Source: an uncultured Ignavibacteriaceae bacterium (GTDB lineage: Bacteria > Bacteroidota > Ignavibacteria > Ignavibacteriales > Ignavibacteriaceae). Taken from it: a stretch of DNA of 64,000 nt. The stretch covers positions 28,080 through 92,079 of the forward strand of contig CAZTZZ010000001.1 in NCBI GenBank assembly GCA_964617905.1. The letters run 5' to 3'. Shown here in pieces: positions 56,210 to 64,000 of this stretch; position 1 is the stretch's first letter, and every line of letters begins with the position of its first letter. The notes beneath the pieces were generated by a model that ran no database searches, was not told the DNA's origin, and worked only from the letters and a program-made list of their open reading frames with translations. The position numbers and the translations under genes were made by a program.

Positions 56210-56905
56210 TTGTTTGACGAAGATAGCGAAAAAGATCGTTATCTAATTACATATGCTGATTTAATAACTTTATTATTAGGATTATTTATTATTTTATATT
56301 CTATTTCAAATATTGACACCGGCAAATACAAAAAAATGCTTTCCGCTATGGAGAGTGTATTTGGTAATAAAAACAAGGTTGTTTCTACTGAATCGAATGT
56401 TTTACCAAATATAAATTATAAGGATGGCATTTTAAAAACTAAATTAATTAAACTTATTGATAAATATAATTACGGTAATTCAATCAGATTAGATGAAAAT
56501 GAAAGGGGAATTACTATTCATATTTTAGAAAATATTCTCTTTGCCTCCGGTAATGCTATTCTGAATAATGGATCCAAAGAAGTTTTAAATAGACTTGCTG
56601 TCATTTTAAAAGAATTACCAAATGATATAAGGATTGAAGGGCATACCGACAATATACCTATCCATAATTCAATTTTTATTTCTAACTGGCACCTTTCTGT
56701 TACCCGGGCTTTAAATACCGCATATTATTTTATAAATAAACAAGGACTTTCAGCCGAAAAAATTTCAATAGTTGGTTATTCAAAATATAAACCTATTGAT
56801 AATAACAATTCCGTAAAAGGAAGAGCGAGTAATAGAAGAGTAGATATTGTAATAATAAGAGACACTAAAAATGGAAATAATAAAATATCAATTTGGAAAA
56901 ATTGA
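56210..56905 (+). CDS. motB: Stator protein MotB, set 1 (start uncertain)
   Basis: TM/plug region RYLITYADLITLLLGLFIILYSI. OmpA-like domain FASGNAILNNGSKEVL..IRIEGHTDNIPI..SNWHLSVTRAL..NRRVDIVI. The only in-frame ATG (56051) gives a 145-nt overlap with a motA C-terminus that looks genuine. A TTG at 56210 is the first canonical start after motA, but it has no obvious SD. Confidence 0.8.
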   Translation: MFDEDSEKDRYLITYADLITLLLGLFIILYSISNIDTGKYKKMLSAMESVFGNKNKVVSTESNVLPNINYKDGILKTKLIKLIDKYNYGNSIRLDENERGITIHILENILFASGNAILNNGSKEVLNRLAVILKELPNDIRIEGHTDNIPIHNSIFISNWHLSVTRALNTAYYFINKQGLSAEKISIVGYSKYKPIDNNNSVKGRASNRRVDIVIIRDTKNGNNKISIWKN

Positions 56906-56970
56906 AATAAAATAATTATAAAAATTCTTATTCAGGATTATTTTGTTTTTAATTCCTGAGGTATTATAAA

Positions 56971-57396
56971 ATGATTAATGAAGGAAAAAAAACAACTATA
57001 CTAATTGTTGATGATTCAGAGATAATAATAAGAGTACTGAAACATTTTTTTAAAGATTATAATATTGAACTTTTGACAAGTAAAAATGGACTTGAAGGAA
57101 TTGAAATGGCTGAAAAATATAAACCGGCATTAATTTTTTTGGATATTATGATGCCGAATATTGATGGAATTAAGGTGCTGCAGATATTGAAAATATTTGA
57201 AAGTATTAAAAAGATACCTGTAATAGTAATAAGCGGAAATACTAATCGTGAAAATACAATGACATCCATAGAAGCAGGTGCAGAAAGAATAATGTCAAAA
57301 CCGTTAGATAAAAATGTTGTTATAAAATTTATCAATGAAATTTTAGGTAGTAATTTTCTAGAAAAACTTAAAAAAACAAGAATAGCTGAGGCATAA
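56971..57396 (+). CDS. Single-domain response regulator (REC), paralogue of the REC in 58136-58861
   Basis: ILIVDDSEIII..LIFLDIMMPNIDGIKVL..PVIVISGNTNR..IEAGAERIMSKPL. Confidence 0.85.
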   Translation: MINEGKKTTILIVDDSEIIIRVLKHFFKDYNIELLTSKNGLEGIEMAEKYKPALIFLDIMMPNIDGIKVLQILKIFESIKKIPVIVISGNTNRENTMTSIEAGAERIMSKPLDKNVVIKFINEILGSNFLEKLKKTRIAEA

Positions 57397-57494
57397 TAAA
57401 TAAAGGTTATAAAAATAAATTTGCAGATAAATACAAAAAACAAAAAAATAAAATAATTTAAGAGCAGTTATTTTAATAATTAGAAGTAATAAAA

Positions 57495-57875
57495 ATGAAA
57501 ATAAAAACATACCAATTTGGCGAAATTGAATATAAACAGGAACACCTGATCAATTTTTCATCAGGTTTATTTGGTTTTGAACATCTGAAGGAATTCCTGC
57601 TAATAAAAATTGAAGAAGAATTATTTTATTGGCTTACTTCTGTAGAAAAGCCTGAAATAATTTTCCCTTTAATCGGGGTAAGAGCGATTGATGATAAATA
57701 TCCCGAGGTGGAAAAACATGAAGCCTTCGGTATAGTTACGTTGAATTCTGATTTATTAAATGTTACTGTCAATCTGAAATCACCTGTTTATATTGATGAG
57801 GGAACAAAAACCGGTTTTCAGAAAATATTAGATTCTGAAACATACAAAGTAGAATATAACTTATTTAAACAATGA
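57495..57875 (+). CDS. fliW: Flagellar assembly factor FliW (CsrA antagonist)
   Basis: FGEIEYKQEHLINFSSGLFGFEHLKEFLLI...FYWLTSVEKPEIIFPLI...VTVNLKSPVYI, immediately upstream of csrA. Confidence 0.85.
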   Translation: MKIKTYQFGEIEYKQEHLINFSSGLFGFEHLKEFLLIKIEEELFYWLTSVEKPEIIFPLIGVRAIDDKYPEVEKHEAFGIVTLNSDLLNVTVNLKSPVYIDEGTKTGFQKILDSETYKVEYNLFKQ

Positions 57876-57891
57876 TGAGTGTGGATTATAT

Positions 57892-58149
57892 ATGCTTGTT
57901 TTAACTAGAAAGACTGATGACGAAATAAAGATTAATTCGGAAATTACAATAAAAGTATTGGCAATATCTGAAGGACAGGTAAAACTTGGTATTTCGGCTC
58001 CGGATAACGTAGAAATATACAGAGGTGAGATCTACGAAAAAATTAGGCAAGCAACTATCGAAGCTTCTGAAAGTAGTAAACTAAAGCCTAAAGACTTATC
58101 AGCTTTATTAGTAAATAAAATCAGGAAAATAAAAAATGATAAACGATGA
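57892..58149 (+). CDS. csrA: Carbon storage regulator CsrA
   Basis: MLVLTRKTDDEIKINSEITIKVLAISEGQVKLGISAPDNVEIYRGEIYEKI. Confidence 0.93.
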   Translation: MLVLTRKTDDEIKINSEITIKVLAISEGQVKLGISAPDNVEIYRGEIYEKIRQATIEASESSKLKPKDLSALLVNKIRKIKNDKR

Positions 58150-58861
58150 AAAAAAATTGACGATTCTTGTTGTAGATGATTCAGATTTAATAAGGACCTC
58201 ACTAAAAACATTTTTTGGTGACTATAACATAAAAGTTATTACAAGTAATGACGGGTTGGACGGCATTCAAAAGGCTGTTAAATATAAACCGTCATTAATA
58301 TTTCTTGACTTATTGATGCCGAATTTTGACGGCATAAAAATGCTTCAGGTAATTAAAGTTCTCGATCATATAAAAGTTATACCTGTAATAGTAATAAGCG
58401 GAAATACAAATAGAACAAATGTAATTGCGTCATTAGAAGCAGGTGCAGAAAGAGTAATCTCAAAACCGTTAAAAAAAGAAATATTGTTAAAAAACATAAA
58501 TGAAATTTTAGGCAGTAATTTCCTAAAGAACGCTAAATTATCTTCAAAGGAATCCAATGTTAATAATGATGAATTAAAACAAAAATTAACGGAATCATTT
58601 TTAAATACTTTTTCCGATAGAAAAAATATTATTGAAAGATCTTTGTTTAATCATAATGTAGCGGAAATACAAAAAATAGCTCACGAATTAAAAGGTGAAG
58701 GAGGGATGATTGGGTTAAATAAATTAAGTTTATTAGGCGGAAAAATTGAAGATCATCTTTCTAAAAAAGATATTGATTGGAATAATATAAAAAAAATGTA
58801 CAATCAAGTATTTGCAATAGTATCTAACTTAGAAGAATTAAATTTTAAAAATATGGAATAA
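58136..58861 (+). CDS. REC-Hpt fusion protein
   Basis: REC (ILVVDDSDLIR..LIFLDLLMPNFDGIKML..PVIVISGNTNR..LEAGAERVISKPL) plus a C-terminal Hpt motif, IAHELKGEGGMIGLNKL. The ATG overlaps the last 14 nt of csrA. Confidence 0.8.
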   Translation: MINDEKKLTILVVDDSDLIRTSLKTFFGDYNIKVITSNDGLDGIQKAVKYKPSLIFLDLLMPNFDGIKMLQVIKVLDHIKVIPVIVISGNTNRTNVIASLEAGAERVISKPLKKEILLKNINEILGSNFLKNAKLSSKESNVNNDELKQKLTESFLNTFSDRKNIIERSLFNHNVAEIQKIAHELKGEGGMIGLNKLSLLGGKIEDHLSKKDIDWNNIKKMYNQVFAIVSNLEELNFKNME

Positions 58862-58864
58862 ATT

Positions 58865-59719
58865 GTGTTTGTAATAGTCGGCATAGTAGTAGTAGTTTTA
58901 TCAATAGCTGTAGGTTTTTTAATTGCAGGAGGAAATTTATTATTGCTCATTCAATGGTCAGAATTCCTTGTAATTGGCGGAGCTGCACTTGGTAGTCTTT
59001 TAATTTCTGCACCTCTTTCTTTATTAAAAAAAATCTTTGCGGAAATTCTTAAAATTTTAAAACCGGACCATTTTAACAAAGAAGATTATCTGGAATTACT
59101 AAAATCATTTAATGAATTATTCCAGATAGCACAAAGAGATGGATTAATTTCAATAGAATCACATATTGAAGAACCACAGGAAAGCGAGATATTGTCAAAG
59201 AACAAAAAATTTGTTGAAAATGAAATGCTTCGAAATTTCTTTTCCGATACTATGAAAGTTATGCTTTCGGGAGGTGTTCCTCCTCACGAACTCGAAGATT
59301 TAATTGATACAGAAATAGAAACATTTGAGTTGGAGAATAAACCTATAGGCGGAACAATTGCAAAAGTTGGAGATTCTTTACCCGGGTTGGGTATTGTTGC
59401 TGCCGTATTAGGAATTATAGTTACAATGGGTTCAATTAACGAAGGAGCCGAAGTGGTAGGGCATCACGTTGCTTCTGCTCTTGTTGGTACTTTTTTAGGT
59501 GTTTTAATGGCTTATGGATTTGTTAATCCTCTGGCTTCTAATGTTGAGCACAGTTTTGAAAATAAAACCAGGTTACTACAAACAATTAAATCTTGTATTG
59601 TTGCTTTTGCCAAAGGAAATCCACCGATTGTAGCTGTAGAAATTGCAAGAAGGACAATCTTTTCTGATAACAGACCAACATTTAGTGAATTAGAAAATTA
59701 TGTAAGAGGGAAAAAATAA
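58865..59719 (+). CDS. motA: Stator channel protein MotA, set 2 (proteobacterial-type)
   Basis: 284 aa. GDSLPGLGIVAAVLGIIVTMGSI and HHVASALVGTFLGVLMAYGFVNPLA. GTG start. Confidence 0.85.
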   Translation: MFVIVGIVVVVLSIAVGFLIAGGNLLLLIQWSEFLVIGGAALGSLLISAPLSLLKKIFAEILKILKPDHFNKEDYLELLKSFNELFQIAQRDGLISIESHIEEPQESEILSKNKKFVENEMLRNFFSDTMKVMLSGGVPPHELEDLIDTEIETFELENKPIGGTIAKVGDSLPGLGIVAAVLGIIVTMGSINEGAEVVGHHVASALVGTFLGVLMAYGFVNPLASNVEHSFENKTRLLQTIKSCIVAFAKGNPPIVAVEIARRTIFSDNRPTFSELENYVRGKK

Positions 59720-59722
59720 GTA

Positions 59723-60505
59723 ATGTCCGAAGAGAAAAGCAGCCAACCGATAATTGTTAAGAAAATAAACAAGCATGGAGGACATCACGGCGGTGCGTGG
59801 AAGGTTGCTTATGCTGACTTTGTTACGGCTATGATGGCATTATTTATTGTTTTATGGATATTAGGACAAGATCAAAAAATCAGAAATTCTGTTGCCCACT
59901 ATTTTAAAAACCCAATTGGATTTTCTAATAAAGGAAAGAATATTTTAGTTGGTGATAATTCCGGTTTATCAGGGGCTAATGATGCACAAAAAAACAGCAA
60001 ATTAATATCCCGATTACAAGAAATGAAAATTTTAAGAGAAATGGGCGAGAAACTTCTGGGGGAATTAAAAAAAAATGAAACTTTTAAATCTCTGGCCGGA
60101 CAAATAAAAATTGATTTTGTTAAAGAAGGTTTAAGGATAGAAATATTAGAATCATCTAAAGACTTTTTTTTTGAAATAGGTACGGCTAAACTTAAAAAAT
60201 CAGCAAGACTTCTTTTAGCACAAATTGGAAATAACCTTGCGAAATTACCGAATAAAATAATTTTACAGGGTCACACAGATTCACGCCCTTATTCAGGAGG
60301 AGGTAAAGGTTATACTAATTTTGAACTGAGTGCAGACAGAGCAAATTCGGCAAGACGAGCTTTAATTGCCGACAGTTTATCTGAAAAACAAATATTCGAA
60401 GTTAATGGTTTTGCTGATAGTAAATTAAGAGACCCCAAACATCCATACAGTTTTATAAACAGACGAATAAGTATTATAGTCAAATATACGGACGAAGGAA
60501 AATGA
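59723..60505 (+). CDS. motB: Stator protein MotB, set 2
   Basis: HHGGAWKVAYADFVTAMMALFIVLWIL, closely resembling the E. coli MotB N-terminus. OmpA-like LQGHTDSRPY..NFELSADRANSARRAL..NRRISIIV. Confidence 0.88.
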   Translation: MSEEKSSQPIIVKKINKHGGHHGGAWKVAYADFVTAMMALFIVLWILGQDQKIRNSVAHYFKNPIGFSNKGKNILVGDNSGLSGANDAQKNSKLISRLQEMKILREMGEKLLGELKKNETFKSLAGQIKIDFVKEGLRIEILESSKDFFFEIGTAKLKKSARLLLAQIGNNLAKLPNKIILQGHTDSRPYSGGGKGYTNFELSADRANSARRALIADSLSEKQIFEVNGFADSKLRDPKHPYSFINRRISIIVKYTDEGK

Positions 60506-60894
60506 AAAAAATTCTTGTTGTGGAAGATAATCAGTTAATTATTGATTTTTATAAAATTATTCTAAAAAATGCCGGTTATTATCCTGTTGTTCTTGAGGAC
60601 GGAGAAAAAATTATGAGTTTACTGGCTCAAGATGAGGTTAGTTTAATTATTATGGATATAAACTTGGGCAATTGTTATCTTTCAGGTGAAAAAATTGATG
60701 GTATCAAACTTTCTAATCATATAAAGCAAGATGTAAGGTTCTTTAGTATTCCATTAATAATGGTTTCTGCCTATACACCTGATATTTTAGAAGGAAGGAT
60801 TGATGGCAACTACAAACCGGATTGTTTTTTGACTAAACCAATTTTAGATTTTGACATATTAATTAATAAAATAAATCAGTTAGTATTAAATTGA
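60502..60894 (+). CDS. Single-domain response regulator with an insertion after the phospho-acceptor Asp
   Basis: ILVVEDN..LIIMDINLGNCYLSGEKIDGIKL..LIMVSAY..FLTKPI. ATGA overlap with motB set 2. Confidence 0.8.
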   Translation: MKKILVVEDNQLIIDFYKIILKNAGYYPVVLEDGEKIMSLLAQDEVSLIIMDINLGNCYLSGEKIDGIKLSNHIKQDVRFFSIPLIMVSAYTPDILEGRIDGNYKPDCFLTKPILDFDILINKINQLVLN

Positions 60895-61544
60895 ATACGA
60901 ATAAAATTCTCGTTGTGGAAGATGAAAAGGATACACTTTTTATCTTAGAAAGGCTCCTTTTGAAAAATAATTACCAGGTTTTTACTGCAACCAACGGTCA
61001 GGAAGCACTAGAGATGCTAAAAAAAATGATGCCAGATGTAATTATTGCAGATTGGACTATGCCGATAATAGATGGGATTGAATTGTGCGATATTATTAAA
61101 AAAGATGAAAAATACAAACTGATTTATTTTATATTATTAACTGCAAGGGCTTCTTTGAAAGACCGAGTTGCGGGTTTAGATATTGGTGCAGATGATTTTC
61201 TTGTAAAACCGGTTCAGAATCAAGAAATTATGGCACGAATTAGGTCAGGTATTAGAATTCATAATTTACAGAATGAATTAAAAAGAATTGAACATGGTAA
61301 AGTACTTTTAGAGATGGCAGCAACAATCGGTCATAAAATTAATAATCCTTTAAGCAGCTTGTTGATGACTATTAAAAGTCTTGAAGATGATTTAAAAAAT
61401 GATGAAAATAAATTTGAAGAGGATTTTCAAATAATTAATGCATCTATTGAAAGAATTAAAAAGCTTGCGAACGACCTTTCCCAAATTAAAGTTCCGGAAA
61501 TAATTGATTACACAGCCGATAGCAAAATGATAAAATTAGAATAG
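60891..61544 (+). CDS. REC + DHp (HisKA-like) protein with no ATPase domain
   Basis: REC (ILVVEDEKD..VIIADWTMPIIDGIEL..FILLTA..FLVKPV), then LLEMAATIGHKINNPLSSLLMTI (H-box). The protein ends about 70 aa later with no N/G1/G2 boxes. The TTG start overlaps the previous stop. Confidence 0.75.
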   Translation: MNTNKILVVEDEKDTLFILERLLLKNNYQVFTATNGQEALEMLKKMMPDVIIADWTMPIIDGIELCDIIKKDEKYKLIYFILLTARASLKDRVAGLDIGADDFLVKPVQNQEIMARIRSGIRIHNLQNELKRIEHGKVLLEMAATIGHKINNPLSSLLMTIKSLEDDLKNDENKFEEDFQIINASIERIKKLANDLSQIKVPEIIDYTADSKMIKLE

Positions 61545-61589
61545 CTGCCCTTAATATTTTACCCATTTTTTCGATTATAAGGTAGGGAA

Positions 61590-62252
61590 ATGGGTATGTT
61601 AGATAAAATTAATAAAATAAATTCAGGCAGTGATTTTTCTAAATCAACGGGACCTAAAGTATACAGATCAGGTATTCACTCAAAGAATAAACCTGAAATA
61701 GATTATCATGATTCTGTTGATATCTCTCCTGCATTTAAATATATAATTAACGTTAACTGGAGATTAAAAAATTTTAAATATGATAAAGATGAAAAATTAT
61801 TAATTGATTTTATTGTTTCCGGTATTGAATTTCAATTGTCCGTTGATTTAATGAATTATAAAAACCTTTCTTCTTTTAATTATAGGTTATATAAAGTTGT
61901 GGTAAAAGGTACGGAAAATTATAAGATTGTTGCGGATGTTAATTCTAAGATTGAATCGATAAATTATGAACATGATTCAGAGTTATTAAATTTTTCAGCG
62001 TTAAATATATTCTTTAACCGTATTTTTGAGCAAAATATTTATGTTGGTCTAATTAAAGATGACAAATATTTCTTTGATGATTTACTTGAAGGAATTTTTC
62101 AAGGAATTAAAGAAGAATTTAAGCAACTAAATAACCAGGTACTTGTTTTTTTTAATAGGTTAACAGGAAAAAAAATTCTAAATAATATCTCAACAAATCA
62201 AGATTATCTTGAGCCAATATTGATTAAAAAAATTAAAATTATAGATGTCTGA
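61590..62252 (+). CDS. Hypothetical protein
   Basis: 220-aa ORF with no recognisable motif. An alternative ATG lies at 61596. Its stop overlaps the start of the following kinase gene. Confidence 0.4.
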   Translation: MGMLDKINKINSGSDFSKSTGPKVYRSGIHSKNKPEIDYHDSVDISPAFKYIINVNWRLKNFKYDKDEKLLIDFIVSGIEFQLSVDLMNYKNLSSFNYRLYKVVVKGTENYKIVADVNSKIESINYEHDSELLNFSALNIFFNRIFEQNIYVGLIKDDKYFFDDLLEGIFQGIKEEFKQLNNQVLVFFNRLTGKKILNNISTNQDYLEPILIKKIKIIDV

Positions 62253-64000
62253 AATCATTCCCCCAAAAAATTTGTATAATACAACTTATAATGATATACT
62301 TACTGAAGTTGAATCGTTTGATGTGTTGCCGGAAAGTGATCCGTTAATAGTTGTAGATGATTCTTGTGAAGTAATGTTTTCTAATAATTCATTTAAGAAA
62401 ACGTTTCGCTTAAATAACGAGCAAGATTTTTTTAACTTAACAACCGAACCCGATCTTAAAGCATTGGTTAAAAATTTAAGCAGTAGAAACTACACCAACT
62501 TTCAGATTGATTTGACCATATCATCAGAAAATGATTTTGATGGTAATCTATTCAATTTGGAATTAGAACGGCTTACCCTTGAAAACAAAAAATACAACAC
62601 AATTAAGTTAAAATCATTAAAAGAAAATTCCAGATTTGAAGAGAGAATTAATAACCTTCATTTTGCGCTTGAATATGGGAAAGTTCCTGTAATATTTATT
62701 GATAAAGACGGAATAATAAAATATTCAACTGCTTTTTTTGAAGATATATTAAAATTTAATATCGAAGAATTATTTAATAAGTCTATCTCGGAAGTATTGT
62801 TTGAATTTCTAACTTATAAGGAAAAAGATCGTTTTGATAAAGCTATTCTTGATAAAAAAGAATGGTCGAAAACAATTTCAAGAAAATTAGTGAATGGAAA
62901 CGTGGAATATTATGATTTAAAACTTCTGCCTATTTATAAAGGAGTGGATGATAAACCAAGTTTTCTTTTAACAGCTAATGATATAACTGATTATGTATTG
63001 AAAAACTTATTCGTAAAAAAATCTGAAAAAAGACTTAAATCAATTATTAATAATATTACTGACCTGTTATTGATATTTCAGAAAAAAGGTAACGAATACT
63101 TATTTGAAAATGCTAATGATAATTTCTGCAAATCGTTTTCTATTGATAAAAATAAAGTATTAAGGAAAAATCTTAATTTATTTTTAGATAAGTCTTTCTT
63201 TCTACAACTTCAACTTTCAATTCAAGAATTTTATACAAGTAAAAGTATGATTGTTGAATTTAACTATAGAAGTAAACAAAACAGAACATTCAGCGCTAAG
63301 ATTACTTTTATAGGGCCTAAATCATTTGACAATACGTTGTATATATTAAGTATGGAAGATATAACAGATCAGGTTTTATACAGGGAGCAACTTGAAATAG
63401 CTTATAAGAAAGAAATTAATCTAAATAAACTTAAGACAGCTTTTCTTGAAAATATGTCTCACGAAATACGGACACCTTTCAATGCTATACTTGGCTATTC
63501 AGATATAATTGATGATTGCATAAAGGATAAAGATTATGAAACTATTTTGGAATTGATGTCTTCTTTTAAAGATGTTTTAAACAGAGTACTTAAGTTGTTT
63601 AATAATATTGATGAAGTTTTTCAAATTACCTCCGGTGAATTGGAGTTAGATTTTGTTACACTTAATATTAACCAGGTGTTAAAAGCAGTATATAATAAAA
63701 GGATTCAAGAAGTAACTAGTAAAAACCTAGATTTCAAATTGGAGCTTTATAAAAATGATTTGTGCATTGATACTGACTGGGTAAAATTTGAAAAAATTAT
63801 AAACTCTCTTATAGATAACGCAATTAAGTATACTAATGAAGGACGTATAAAATTAATTTCAAGATTCTTAAATGATAAAGCCGAAATAGTAATTTCCGAT
63901 ACAGGCAAAGGAATTAAGACGGAAAATATGAAAAAGTTATTTGAACCATTTGTACAAGAGGAAGAAGCTTATATAAGAAACTATGAAGGTGCAGGTCTTG
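62245..64000 (+). CDS. PAS-type sensor histidine kinase, 3'-truncated at the window edge
   Basis: Not in the ORF track because no stop is reached. From the ATG at 62245 I saw no in-frame stop to the window end. The translation contains PAS-like segments (VPVIFIDKDGIIKYSTAFFEDIL), H-box FLENMSHEIRTPFNAILGYSD, N-box LIDNAIKYT and G1 ISDTGKGI. The window ends within G2 (GAGL). Confidence 0.75.
   Translation, partial: MSEIIPPKNLYNTTYNDILTEVESFDVLPESDPLIVVDDSCEVMFSNNSFKKTFRLNNEQDFFNLTTEPDLKALVKNLSSRNYTNFQIDLTISSENDFDGNLFNLELERLTLENKKYNTIKLKSLKENSRFEERINNLHFALEYGKVPVIFIDKDGIIKYSTAFFEDILKFNIEELFNKSISEVLFEFLTYKEKDRFDKAILDKKEWSKTISRKLVNGNVEYYDLKLLPIYKGVDDKPSFLLTANDITDYVLKNLFVKKSEKRLKSIINNITDLLLIFQKKGNEYLFENANDNFCKSFSIDKNKVLRKNLNLFLDKSFFLQLQLSIQEFYTSKSMIVEFNYRSKQNRTFSAKITFIGPKSFDNTLYILSMEDITDQVLYREQLEIAYKKEINLNKLKTAFLENMSHEIRTPFNAILGYSDIIDDCIKDKDYETILELMSSFKDVLNRVLKLFNNIDEVFQITSGELELDFVTLNINQVLKAVYNKRIQEVTSKNLDFKLELYKNDLCIDTDWVKFEKIINSLIDNAIKYTNEGRIKLISRFLNDKAEIVISDTGKGIKTENMKKLFEPFVQEEEAYIRNYEGAGL

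Noticed and set aside
56932-56959. An imperfect hairpin (TCAGGA..TCCTGA) after motB set 1, considered as a terminator.
   Set aside because: The stem is only 6 bp plus a bulge, the loop is U-rich, and no U-tract follows. That is not enough for a terminator call.
58865-60505. Whether motA2/motB2 might be a non-flagellar MotAB-like pair, such as a Zorya-type defence system or ExbBD/TolQR.
   Set aside because: MotA2 is 284 aa with no long C-terminal tail. MotB2 has the flagellar MotB N-terminus and an OmpA-like peptidoglycan-binding domain. No ZorC/ZorD-like or TonB/TolA-like partner follows.
1-64000. I looked for CRISPR arrays, tRNA or rRNA genes, transposase or integrase genes, long direct or inverted repeats, and riboswitch-like conserved cores in the larger gaps (10684-10933, 14116-14380).
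   Set aside because: I found none by eye. The only repeated DNA is the paralogous gene pairs: the REC pair, the HDOD pair, the two cheY-like genes and the two motAB sets. My scan was visual and not exhaustive.

Overview
This AT-rich 64 kb window is almost entirely one plus-strand flagellar and chemotaxis super-locus. Only one gene, at 8302-10683, lies on the minus strand. I saw no rRNA, tRNA, CRISPR array or mobile element.

Gene order:
- Two glycosyltransferases (a GT9-like gene cut by the window edge, then GT2-TPR).
- fliC-fliS-fliD, a FliT-like ORF and flgM.
- A minimal histidine kinase with a sigma-54 (NtrC-type) activator.
- An inverted REC-PAS histidine kinase.
- cheW, a TonB_C protein and an mcp.
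- A HEAT-repeat gene, then cheR, a REC gene, cheY, a cheZ-like gene, cheA and cheB.
- flgBC, an orphan ORF, fliEFGHIJ, a ylxF-like gene, fliK, flgD, a TIGR02530-like ORF and flgE.
- fliLMNOPQR, flhBAFG.
- A small membrane ORF, fliA, two HDOD genes, a degenerate kinase and a membrane protein.
- flgFGAHIJ, flgN, flgKL and motAB (set 1).
- REC, fliW, csrA and REC-Hpt.
- motAB (set 2), REC and REC-DHp.
- A hypothetical ORF and a PAS histidine kinase that runs off the 3' edge.

L- and P-ring genes (flgH, flgI) indicate a diderm host. The core gene order nevertheless resembles the Bacillus/Thermotoga-type fla operon.

Regulatory signals read directly from the DNA:
- A family of TAAA-N15-nnCGATAA sigma-28-type motifs. 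Three copies are exact TAAA-N15-TCCGATAA, and two of those sit inside hook-module coding sequence.
- Three TGG(C/T)AT-N5-TTGA sigma-54-like motifs, each 28-34 nt upstream of the first gene of a large operon.
- A CsrA-type GGA hairpin plus a GGA-containing Shine-Dalgarno in the flagellin leader.
- Three clear rho-independent terminators.

The least conventional parts are signalling genes wired into the structural operons:
- A second stator operon translationally coupled to REC and REC-DHp genes.
- fliW-csrA bracketed by paralogous REC genes, one fused to Hpt.
- A fliA operon extended by two HDOD genes and a His-less, ATP-lid-less kinase homologue.

All calls come from reading motifs by eye. No database search was run.
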